From Alphaproteobacteria bacterium (GTDB lineage Bacteria; Pseudomonadota; Alphaproteobacteria; CAAHEQ01; UBA3637), in contig SUVA01000001.1 in the NCBI GenBank assembly GCA_015062245.1, positions 12,856-76,855 of the forward strand: a stretch of 64,000 bases of DNA. Direction: 5' to 3'. Positions 10,015-19,719 of this stretch are shown in pieces. The notes below the pieces were generated by a model. The model was not told where the DNA came from. It saw only the letters and a program-made list of their open reading frames with translations, and made no database searches. The position numbers and the translations under genes were made by a program. How positions within the stretch are numbered: the stretch's first letter is position 1; each line of letters starts with the position of its first letter.

Positions 10015-10226
10015 TATCTTCCCCTTTCTAGTTGTTCCAAACGCCATTTTATTTCGCTGGTTCTGTTTGATTTTTGTAAATCACTCAAAGAATCATCCGT
10101 ACGAATACATTCCATGCGAAACTTCAAATAAGAAATTCTTTCCTTATTTAATCTTTCAATCAATTCTTCACGGGAAATTTTATCCCCTTTAATCACAATT
10201 CTTTTTCTTTTTTTCATAGTGGGCAT
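10014..10226 (-). CDS. Small coiled-coil protein (possibly DUF465/YdcH-like), translationally coupled to hisS
   Basis: 70-aa ORF whose TAA stop overlaps the hisS ATG; charged helical sequence. Confidence 0.35.
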   Translation of the reverse strand: MPTMKKRKRIVIKGDKISREELIERLNKERISYLKFRMECIRTDDSLSDLQKSNRTSEIKWRLEQLERGR

Positions 10227-10402
10227 TATAGCATAAAAAAATCATTTTTTCAACGGCTTTTTCCAAAGCAAAATATGACTTTTGTATAACCTGAAACGCC
10301 AAAATATACAAAAAACATAAACCAGACGCTTAAAAGCCGATTTTTATCAAGAATATCAACCCGTTATATTAAAATATAACCGTTCCAACAAAGGAGGACA
10401 TT

Positions 10403-11323
10403 ATGAGAAAGCATAAAATTTTAAAAACTTTGGCCGTTATCGGTGCTTTATTTGGCACAACGCCCAAGGCAAAAGCCGCAGGTGCCGAAGATAAACAATT
10501 GGATATCAATGCGGTTGCCGAAGCCACTTTATTCGTCAACGGTGAAAAAACATCCGGTAAAGATGCTTTTGGCGATATAACAGTCCAACCCAAATTTTAT
10601 TTGGAACATGCGGATAATAAAATCGGTTATGAAGGCTCTTTTTATAACGCCAAAACAGAAGGGGTAAAAGCCGGTGATTGGATGACTTTTGTCAGTAAAA
10701 TCAACTTTGAAACAGAAAATTGGGCTGGTTTTATCGGCCGTGACTGTACCCGTTTTAAAACGGCCGGTTATGTAAACTGTCCCAGCACGACGGCTTTTTC
10801 TAATGAGGCACGTTTAAACGGAACCAGCCGTATGATGACCGGTGCCAACCTGACCTATAAACCCTGGGGTTTGGAATTGGGTTACATGGCCAATGACGGT
10901 CGTATGAGCTTTGACCACTGGGATACCGTTATGTTGGGATATAAAAAACAATTTAACGATACTTGGGGCGTTCAGTTCCAGGCCGGCGGCGGCGCCAAAC
11001 CCTTGACCTTCGGTGGTTTAACGGTGGCCTATACCCCCAATAAAGACAATGCCATTGTGGGTGAAGTGATTTACAAAAATCACAAAACAACCGGTGTCTT
11101 AACCGCCAAACACAATTTGACAGACAAATTGGCCCTGTTTGCCGGTATTGAAGTGGGTAAAAAAAGCCATGGTAAAATCGGTGGTATGGCCGAAGCCGGT
11201 ATCCACTATACAATCGGCAAAGGCTTCAGCTTGGTGGGTGCCATCCAACAGGATATCGGTGGCAAACACGCAACCCACGGAGTTATCGGATTACAATACG
11301 TCGGTAACTTTACCACCCGATAA
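10403..11323 (+). CDS. Outer-membrane beta-barrel (porin-like) protein
   Basis: Signal peptide; alternating amphipathic beta-strand pattern rich in G, Y and T; RBS AAAGGAGGA. Confidence 0.55.
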   Translation: MRKHKILKTLAVIGALFGTTPKAKAAGAEDKQLDINAVAEATLFVNGEKTSGKDAFGDITVQPKFYLEHADNKIGYEGSFYNAKTEGVKAGDWMTFVSKINFETENWAGFIGRDCTRFKTAGYVNCPSTTAFSNEARLNGTSRMMTGANLTYKPWGLELGYMANDGRMSFDHWDTVMLGYKKQFNDTWGVQFQAGGGAKPLTFGGLTVAYTPNKDNAIVGEVIYKNHKTTGVLTAKHNLTDKLALFAGIEVGKKSHGKIGGMAEAGIHYTIGKGFSLVGAIQQDIGGKHATHGVIGLQYVGNFTTR

Positions 11324-11439
11324 CCAGCAAAAAAGTTCCCCGTCATTTCGGCGGGGATTTTTTGTTGACAACAAAAAATAATTTGTATATGATGAAACCA
11401 TTATAATGTTTTTAATTTATCAAATTCGGGAGGTATTTT

Positions 11440-12831
11440 ATGAAGCATTTGTCACTATTGACAACATTGTTATTGTCATCATCTATGGTTTATGCGGGAT
11501 GGCTAACCGAAGATTATAAAGGTGATTGCTTGGAAATGATGTGTGATTGTGTGGAAAAAGACGGAATTGGATATTGTTGTCCGTCAGGGACTTCGTTTAA
11601 CGGAAAAGGAGATGCCCATATTGAATATACGCCCTGCAAGTGTTTGGGCGCAAATACATACTATAACACGACCAGCCAAAAGTGTTTATCAAAACCCACA
11701 TGCAATCCATGTCAAAAATTGAATGTAGCCACCGGTACTTGTGTGCCGGATACCTCCAAGAACAATCTGGCAGTCGGCACATGTGGAAAGTGCAACAATG
11801 GTTCGGTTATTACAGATATGACAAAGGTAACCCCCTGTAAGACCTGTAATACCACAAACTGGACATTGACAAATAGAGCCAATGGTCAGGCAGTCGGCAC
11901 ATGTGGAAAGTGCAACAATGGTTCGGTTATTACAGATATGACAAAGGTAACCCCCTGTAAGACCTGTGATACTACAAACTGGACATTGACAAATAGAGCC
12001 AACGAAACACAGGTTCAGGATGTTTGTCATATGTGCAAAGACGGCAATGTTGTATTGAAGGATTCAACAAAACAATTTATTTCCAATAATACTTGTGTTG
12101 AATGTTTGGCTGATTATGGAACAGGTAAATCCGGTGCCTGTACAACTGAAGCAAAGCCATTGTGTCAAAATAATGTATGTCAAGCATGCCCGGCCGGACA
12201 AATTTGGAATGGAACCTCTTGCGCAACACCAAGAATTTGTACTATTTTGTATAAACAAAAAAATAAAGTTGGAAATTCTAGTTACATATCTGGCGAATGT
12301 TGTAGCCCTGATCAAAAACTTGTATCAAGTACAGGTAATACACTTTTTAATGGTTATGATTTAAATAAGACAAAATACGGATGTTGTTCTGCCGATAAAG
12401 CTTATGGAGATAGCAAATGTTGCTCTTCAAGTCAAGAACCAACAAATGATGGTTGTTGTTCTTCAAGTAAAGTGTATACCAAAAACGGCATTAAAAAATG
12501 CTGTGATGGAACGGTGTCTAATAATAAAACAGTGTGTTGTACGAATAAAATAATTACTGTTGATTTTCAGGAAAGTTACACTTTTAAGTTTGATGGAAAA
12601 GTCCATGTTAAAACATATTCTGTTGGTGGAAAACATCACAGCGGTTATTGTCGTGTTTATTTAAATGGAAAACAGATAAATAAACTAGACACAGGTGGAC
12701 ACCAAGAAACAACGATAAATAAAGAAGCAGATATAACTGTCAAAAACGGCGATCGTATTTCTGTCGATGGTCATCGTGGCAGAGGCTGGCAAGAATACAT
12801 AAAAATCACATATCCCGTTTGCGACGGATAA
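11440..12831 (+). CDS. Cysteine-rich secreted protein with CC doublets, an internal 40-aa tandem repeat and a Cys-poor C-terminal beta-rich domain
   Basis: Signal peptide (MKHLSLLTTLLLSSSMVYA); many CxxC and CC motifs (CCSSSQEPTNDGCCSSSK); C-terminal about 100 aa lacks Cys. Confidence 0.65.
   Translation: MKHLSLLTTLLLSSSMVYAGWLTEDYKGDCLEMMCDCVEKDGIGYCCPSGTSFNGKGDAHIEYTPCKCLGANTYYNTTSQKCLSKPTCNPCQKLNVATGTCVPDTSKNNLAVGTCGKCNNGSVITDMTKVTPCKTCNTTNWTLTNRANGQAVGTCGKCNNGSVITDMTKVTPCKTCDTTNWTLTNRANETQVQDVCHMCKDGNVVLKDSTKQFISNNTCVECLADYGTGKSGACTTEAKPLCQNNVCQACPAGQIWNGTSCATPRICTILYKQKNKVGNSSYISGECCSPDQKLVSSTGNTLFNGYDLNKTKYGCCSADKAYGDSKCCSSSQEPTNDGCCSSSKVYTKNGIKKCCDGTVSNNKTVCCTNKIITVDFQESYTFKFDGKVHVKTYSVGGKHHSGYCRVYLNGKQINKLDTGGHQETTINKEADITVKNGDRISVDGHRGRGWQEYIKITYPVCDG
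11769..12002 (+). repeat. Near-perfect 120-bp tandem duplication (2 copies, 2 mismatches) inside the Cys-rich gene
   Basis: ggcagtcggcacatgtggaaagtgcaacaatggttcggttattacagatatgacaaaggtaaccccctgtaagacctgt... recurs at 11769 and 11889; encodes AVGTCGKCNNGSVITDMTKVTPCKTC(N/D)TTNWTLTNRAN. Confidence 0.9.
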
Positions 12832-12870
12832 ATCCATCAGGTCTATTTTGTATGATAGATGTTCTGGTGA

Positions 12871-12897
12871 AACACAAAAAACGGACGCTTTTGACGG
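12871..12897. terminator. Bidirectional rho-independent terminator
   Basis: ACGGACGC-loop-GCGTCCGT hairpin flanked by an A-run and a T-run. Confidence 0.6.
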
Positions 12898-12925
12898 CGT
12901 CCGTTTTGATTTATCCGACGGGTTA

Positions 12926-13510
12926 TTAAAAATAATAACGGGCGGATAACAACACATCATGCGAACGGATATTGTCCTTGACGTGTTCGCCTGTTGCCTT
13001 TAATTTGGAACGGCCTTCGCCCAAATCAACATAGCGATAGCCTAAATCCAAGCTCCAACAATCATTTAAGCGGTAATCAAAACCGGCACCCAAAGTCCAA
13101 GCAAATTCCATTTTGTCATCACCTTTGGTATGTGAATTGCTGTCGGTTTTGTTATAGCTCATACCCAAACCGCCCATCGCATACATTCCCATTTTTTGCC
13201 ATGGAATATTGACATACACATTGGCCAAAGCCGGAATAGACCATGTATCGGCTTCGTGTCCGTCCTGTTTAATTTTACCCCATCCACGCATACCAACGGT
13301 AATATCACCACGCAAATACGGATTCATATGGTAACCGCCACCAACGGCAAACACGCCGGATTCTTTATAATCTTTATGACCAAAGCCAAAACCGGCCTGC
13401 ATAACGGCATAACCATGATGCATACCCATTTTATAATCTTCGGCCTGGGCCCCAAAAGACGTACCAATTAAGCCCACAACAGCCAAACTTGATAATAATA
13501 ATTTCTTCAT
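12926..13510 (-). CDS. Small outer-membrane beta-barrel protein (OmpW/OmpA-N-like)
   Basis: Start at 13510 (MKKLLLSSLAVVGLIGTSFGAQA) with RBS GAAAGGAGAA; C-terminal ...SARYYF ends in aromatic F as in OMPs. Confidence 0.6.
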   Translation of the reverse strand: MKKLLLSSLAVVGLIGTSFGAQAEDYKMGMHHGYAVMQAGFGFGHKDYKESGVFAVGGGYHMNPYLRGDITVGMRGWGKIKQDGHEADTWSIPALANVYVNIPWQKMGMYAMGGLGMSYNKTDSNSHTKGDDKMEFAWTLGAGFDYRLNDCWSLDLGYRYVDLGEGRSKLKATGEHVKDNIRSHDVLLSARYYF

Positions 13511-13715
13511 TTGATTTCTCCTTTCGTTTTTTATCAGTTGAAGCAAGATTACACTGGGGTGCCAAACAAATAAATTCCAGCCTTTTGTTCCATTTTTTTT
13601 AAAAAAAATATCCTTTTATGTCAGATACATATACATGTATTGGCTTTGATAAAAAATAGTTCTTGATTTTTAAGATAAATATATTTAAACTGACAAAAGA
13701 ACAAAAGGATATAAA

Positions 13716-15187
<1,472 letters not shown>

Positions 15188-15249
15188 TTAAAAGTCAATC
15201 TTTGTCTTTTGGCTTGCAATTTTGTTTAAATTTCTTTACCCTAAAACAG

Positions 15250-16377
15250 ATGGAAAAAATTATTTGTAAAAACTGCGGGGCGACCGAATTTAAAAAAAAC
15301 GGATTTGTTTTTGGGGTTCAACGGTACCAATGCAAAAAATGTGGCTTACAGTTCACCAAAACAACGCCCCACGGCAAAGACGCCCGTGATAAAGCCACCG
15401 CTTTGGCACTGTGTCAATTGGGTGTTTCGCAAAATCAAACGGCTCAGATTTTATCTTTAACCCCCACCACTATTGCCCGATGGGTAAAGGATTTTCCAAA
15501 AAACATCCCCTACTCTTTTAACAATAATTCCAAAACAAAAGAAACGGATGAAACCACTTTGCGTGCCTATATCCGCCAGCTGTATATTGAAAACAGGGAT
15601 AGTTTCTGGGTATCTCAAAACAACTTTGCCAACGGCTATGAAGTGGATATCTTGATAAAAAACAGAAGGGTTGACCCACAAAAGAAAAAACAAACGCTTA
15701 CTTTATGCGGTTTTGGCGATTCCATTTTACAGGGTATCATTCATGATGCCCAAACAAATCAATATAAGATATTAAAAGACAGCTTTGTGAACATATCCAA
15801 AGAAAAGCTGAATATCGTTTGGCGGAATTTTGCCCGACACGGCTCAACTGTTATAGAAGGCGAAAAAGCCTTTTTATCCCACCAAATGCATGTTAAAGAA
15901 TGTGATTATGTTGTTTTTTCGTTTGGTTCCAACGAATGCAACCACGATTGGGATAAGGTTTCACAAAACCCCAATTTACCCCATCGGCCACGTCTGTCTT
16001 TGGATGAATTTCACGAAAAATATATCCACCTGATTCATTTGGCGCAAAAAAAGGGGAAAGTGCCTTTGTTGTTGTCATTACCCCCGATTGATCCGGAACG
16101 CTTTTTTAACGGCATTGTGCAAGGACGCAACAAAGAAAACCTGTTAAAAGCCATGAACGGTCAAATCAATAAAATCTATACCTGGCACAGCATGTATAAT
16201 TTGGAAGTTTTCAAAATCGCATCCGAAGCCAACGTCCCCATTATTGATATCACCACTTACTTTTTAAAACAGACCGATTATCGGGACTTTTTGTGTGATG
16301 ACGGCACCCATCCCAACCACCAAGGACACATGCTGATTGCGAGGGCTTTGAGTGATTTTTACAAAAAGTATGTATAA
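15250..16377 (+). CDS. Fusion of a transposase-derived zinc-ribbon/HTH domain (IS1 InsA / IS1595 Zn_Tnp-like) with an SGNH/GDSL hydrolase domain
   Basis: N-terminus CKNCGATEFKKNGFVFGVQRYQCKKCGLQF then HTH (GVSQNQTAQILSLTPTTIARWVK); C-terminal half has GDS(I/L) block (CGFGDSILQG) and DxxH block (DDGTHPNHQGH). Start placed at the ATG at 15250. Confidence 0.6.
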   Translation: MEKIICKNCGATEFKKNGFVFGVQRYQCKKCGLQFTKTTPHGKDARDKATALALCQLGVSQNQTAQILSLTPTTIARWVKDFPKNIPYSFNNNSKTKETDETTLRAYIRQLYIENRDSFWVSQNNFANGYEVDILIKNRRVDPQKKKQTLTLCGFGDSILQGIIHDAQTNQYKILKDSFVNISKEKLNIVWRNFARHGSTVIEGEKAFLSHQMHVKECDYVVFSFGSNECNHDWDKVSQNPNLPHRPRLSLDEFHEKYIHLIHLAQKKGKVPLLLSLPPIDPERFFNGIVQGRNKENLLKAMNGQINKIYTWHSMYNLEVFKIASEANVPIIDITTYFLKQTDYRDFLCDDGTHPNHQGHMLIARALSDFYKKYV

Positions 16378-16506
16378 TGCTTTCATAAAACGATATACGA
16401 AATGCCCATATAAACAAAACAAAAGACCAGCATTAAAAAAGTTAAATGTGATATGCATACAATTGCATTATCCTGAATATGTTTTTTAATAACCAAGGAG
16501 AAAAAC

Positions 16507-17730
16507 ATGAAAAAACTTTTTGCTGTTTCAGCGCTTTTATTAACATCAACTTTGGCCCAAGCCGGTGGCTATCAATTACAGGAATATTCCACCGCTAATA
16601 TGGGCCGCGCCTTTGCCGGTGCCGGTATTGTCGGTGATGACTATTCGGCCATTGCCTTTAACCCCGCTGGTATGGAATTGAAAAATGATGGTTTGCAAAT
16701 GGGCGTCAATTTGATTAAAATTCACTCGGTTTTAACCGGTTCTTTGAGCACAGGTAAAAGCGGTCAAGGAGAAATCCGCACACACAAAGCATTACCGCAC
16801 TTTTTTGGTCAAAAACGCATCAACGACCGTTGGACAGTCGGTGCCGGTTTTTATACCCCGTTTGGCATGGGCACATATTACACCAACAAACAATGGTTTG
16901 CAGCCAATCACGCCATCAATTCAGAAATCACAACCATGGATTTGGCCTTGGCCTCATCATATAAATTGACCGATACTTTAACCGTTGGTGGCAGCGTTTT
17001 TGCCGAATATATGGAAGCCCGTTTAACCAGTCGTGCTTTAAACGGCATGGATAACGATTTGAACGCAAACGACAATACTGCCCCCGGTTATACTTTGGGT
17101 TTAATGTATCGTCCGACACAAGATACACGCTTTGGTATCACTTATCGCAGCAAAACAACACATAAAATCCGTGGACCGCATTATATTGACAACCATCCGC
17201 TTTTAGGTTCTATTTATGGTATGGTTGGCACAAAATTGGTCATGCCTGAACATGTATTATTGTCCGCCCATCAAAAAGTGGGTAAATTCGGCTTATCCGC
17301 CAGTGCCCGTTGGACACGTTGGAGCCGTTTTGACAAATTAGATATGGATTCTTCCGCTTATTACAAAGCAACAGGCAGTGCAACATCCAAAATTCCAACT
17401 GTCAATGAAGATTGGAAAAATGCATGGATGATTGGCGTTGGTGTGGATTATTATCATAATGAAAACTGGACATTCCGTGCGGGTGTGGCCCATGATGAAG
17501 GCGCCGTCAAACGCCCTGTCACCAGAACGGCCCGTATTCCTGATTCCAATCGTTGGTTGACCACCATTGGTGCCAGCTATAAATCAGGCAATTGGCAATT
17601 GGATTTGTCCTATGGACACATGTTCTGGAAAAAAGGACGCATGAGCAATGAAGCCAGCGGAACCACATTGAACGGCGAGTTCAAAACAGGTTTGGATTTG
17701 GCCGGTGTATCCTTACAGTATAATTTCTAA
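16507..17730 (+). CDS. FadL/OmpP1-family outer-membrane hydrophobic-compound transporter
   Basis: Signal peptide; conserved N-terminal hatch motif (ANMGRAFAGAGIVGDDYSAIAFNPAG); terminal ...LQYNF. Confidence 0.75.
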   Translation: MKKLFAVSALLLTSTLAQAGGYQLQEYSTANMGRAFAGAGIVGDDYSAIAFNPAGMELKNDGLQMGVNLIKIHSVLTGSLSTGKSGQGEIRTHKALPHFFGQKRINDRWTVGAGFYTPFGMGTYYTNKQWFAANHAINSEITTMDLALASSYKLTDTLTVGGSVFAEYMEARLTSRALNGMDNDLNANDNTAPGYTLGLMYRPTQDTRFGITYRSKTTHKIRGPHYIDNHPLLGSIYGMVGTKLVMPEHVLLSAHQKVGKFGLSASARWTRWSRFDKLDMDSSAYYKATGSATSKIPTVNEDWKNAWMIGVGVDYYHNENWTFRAGVAHDEGAVKRPVTRTARIPDSNRWLTTIGASYKSGNWQLDLSYGHMFWKKGRMSNEASGTTLNGEFKTGLDLAGVSLQYNF

Positions 17731-17750
17731 TTCATACTGTCAATACGAAA

Positions 17751-17778
17751 AGAGGCTCGTTCAGGGCCTCTTTTTTTT
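17751..17778 (+). terminator. Rho-independent terminator after the FadL-like gene
   Basis: AGAGGC-loop-GCCTCT hairpin plus T8. Confidence 0.55.
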
Positions 17779-17840
17779 ATAAAAATCACTTGCATAAACC
17801 GACATAATCTGATACAACAAATAATTATAAGGAGGCAAAA

Positions 17841-18632
17841 ATGACCGAAAAGTATAACGTTATCTGTATTAAATGGGGCTCAGGTTATCCGTCCGAAGAT
17901 GCCAATAAATTATGCTCCATGATTAAACGCAATACATCATTTGATATTGATTTTTATTGTTTTACGGACAACCCCGAAGGTTTAAGTCCGGATATTATCG
18001 TAAAACCTCTGCCCGTTATGCATGTCGCACCCGAAGACAACAAATACGCCTATCGCAAAGAGGCGGGCTTATGTGATGATAATCTGGGCGGACTGACCGG
18101 TCAACGTGTCTTTTTCTTTGATTTGGATTCACTGATTGTCGGCAATCTGGATGAATTTTTCCGCTATCCCGAAGGCGATAAATTTTATATCATCAATGAT
18201 TGGAATACACGGGGCAACCACGTGGGACAGGCCAGTTGCTATTCTTTTGTGGTCGGCACTTTGGGATATGTAAAAGAATACTTTGAAGCTCACCCCAAAG
18301 AAGTGGTGGATAAATTTTATACAGCATCCCAAGAATATTTATCATCCAAAGTGATTGAAAAATACGGTCCTTTGAATTTTTGGCCGGACAATTGGTTTTG
18401 TTCTTTCAGATTCCACTGTATCCCCAAATGGCCGTTGCGCTTTTTTATGGAACCCAAAATCCCAAAACAAGAAGGGTTAAAGATGATTGCGTTCCACGGA
18501 TTGCCCGGTTTGGATGAAGCATCAAAAGGCATTTGGTGTATGAACAAAAACGATCGAAAATATCCAAGGGGTGTAAAAAAATTATACAAATATGTTCGCC
18601 CCACCACATGGGTAGATAAATATTGGAAATAA
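17841..18632 (+). CDS. Putative glycosyltransferase-like protein (nucleotide-sugar transferase fold with DxD motif), no signal peptide
   Basis: FFFDLDSLIVGNLDEFF contains a DxD-type motif; RBS AAGGAGG; cytoplasmic by sequence. Confidence 0.35.
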   Translation: MTEKYNVICIKWGSGYPSEDANKLCSMIKRNTSFDIDFYCFTDNPEGLSPDIIVKPLPVMHVAPEDNKYAYRKEAGLCDDNLGGLTGQRVFFFDLDSLIVGNLDEFFRYPEGDKFYIINDWNTRGNHVGQASCYSFVVGTLGYVKEYFEAHPKEVVDKFYTASQEYLSSKVIEKYGPLNFWPDNWFCSFRFHCIPKWPLRFFMEPKIPKQEGLKMIAFHGLPGLDEASKGIWCMNKNDRKYPRGVKKLYKYVRPTTWVDKYWK

Positions 18633-18699
18633 GGTCTTGACATTTAAAAAACAGACGTTAAAATAAAACATATTATTTTATGTTTAACGGAGTTTTGCT

Positions 18700-19359
18700 A
18701 TGTTTTTAAGCGTTCAGGAAAAAGAAATTTTTCTCACATTAACACGTTGGTTGGCATATTTGCTTATCACAATATCGGCCAGTTTTTCTTTATGGGGATT
18801 CGGTCATATTTTTCATGATACTGCCTTTGCCGAACACGGGTTGGTGGAAAATCTGCAACTGACCACTTTAAGCGCCACAATACTTTCGTTTTTACTTATG
18901 GCCGGCCGTAAAACACCCTATCGTGCCTTATGCATTTTATTTGGAACATTGTGTTTAACGGCCTTTTGTCGTGAATTGGATGCTTGGTTTGACAATCTGT
19001 GGGTGTTGGGGTGGCAATTTGCCCTGTTGTTTCCCGTTATCGCAATATTTTATATTGCCCGACATTTGACCGATTTTCGTAAAACAGTTATTGTATTTTG
19101 TCAATCTCCCGCCTTCTTTTTAATGTATTGCGCCACAATTGTATTCGGACCGATTGCCCAATGTATCGGGCATCGTGATTTTTTTGTGGATGTTTTGGGT
19201 GTTGAAACCGACAACCGATTGGTGCGCCGTTTATTGGAAGAATCCGTTGAATATATCGGCTATATTCTGTTATTGCTGTCGGCCTTTGAATTTTATTGGA
19301 TATTCATCCGTTCAAAGGGGACTTTAAACAAACAAAAACGTAAAATTAAAAGAAAATAA
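18700..19359 (+). CDS. Hypothetical polytopic membrane protein with K/R-rich C-terminus
   Basis: Five to six hydrophobic segments; lysine-rich tail KQKRKIKRK. Confidence 0.45.
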   Translation: MFLSVQEKEIFLTLTRWLAYLLITISASFSLWGFGHIFHDTAFAEHGLVENLQLTTLSATILSFLLMAGRKTPYRALCILFGTLCLTAFCRELDAWFDNLWVLGWQFALLFPVIAIFYIARHLTDFRKTVIVFCQSPAFFLMYCATIVFGPIAQCIGHRDFFVDVLGVETDNRLVRRLLEESVEYIGYILLLLSAFEFYWIFIRSKGTLNKQKRKIKRK

Positions 19360-19368
19360 AAAAAAGAC

Positions 19369-19397
19369 TTGCTTTTTAATAAAAAAAGGTGTATAAT
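19369..19397 (+). promoter_or_regulatory. Sigma70-like promoter for rpmE
   Basis: TTGCTT-17 nt-TATAAT about 35 nt upstream of the rpmE ATG. Confidence 0.5.
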
Positions 19398-19430
19398 CCG
19401 CCCAAACAATTTTAACAACTGGAGCTAACA

Positions 19431-19658
19431 ATGAAAAAAAATATACACCCTGATTATCACGAAATCACCGTTACAATGACAGACGGAACTCAATTCAAAA
19501 CACGTTCCACAATGGGTAAAGCCGGTGATACAGTGCGTTTGGATATTGATCCATTATCACATCCCGCCTGGACCGGTGTGTATCGCTTGATTGATACAGG
19601 TGGTCAGTTGGCCAAATTTAATAAACGTTTTGCGACTTTCAAAAAGAAAAGCGCCTAA
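19431..19658 (+). CDS. rpmE: 50S ribosomal protein L31 (non-zinc type)
   Basis: [27 protein letters not shown]...FNKRF; lacks the Cys zinc ligands. Confidence 0.85.
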   Translation: MKKNIHPDYHEITVTMTDGTQFKTRSTMGKAGDTVRLDIDPLSHPAWTGVYRLIDTGGQLAKFNKRFATFKKKSA

Positions 19659-19673
19659 TTAAAAAAGAATCAG

Positions 19674-19708
19674 AAAAAAGCGGTTTTAAAACCGCTTTTT
19701 TTATTTAC
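19674..19708. terminator. Bidirectional rho-independent terminator (rpmE / tolC-like gene)
   Basis: AAAAGCGGTTTT/AAAACCGCTTTT palindrome with flanking A- and T-runs. Confidence 0.6.
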
Positions 19709-19719
19709 GAAAAACTTGA

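Noticed and set aside
11689-12030. 113-aa minus-strand ORF in the track
   Set aside because: Lies entirely inside the 120-bp tandem duplication of the Cys-rich gene. It is an antisense open frame created by the repeat, with no RBS and no independent signal.
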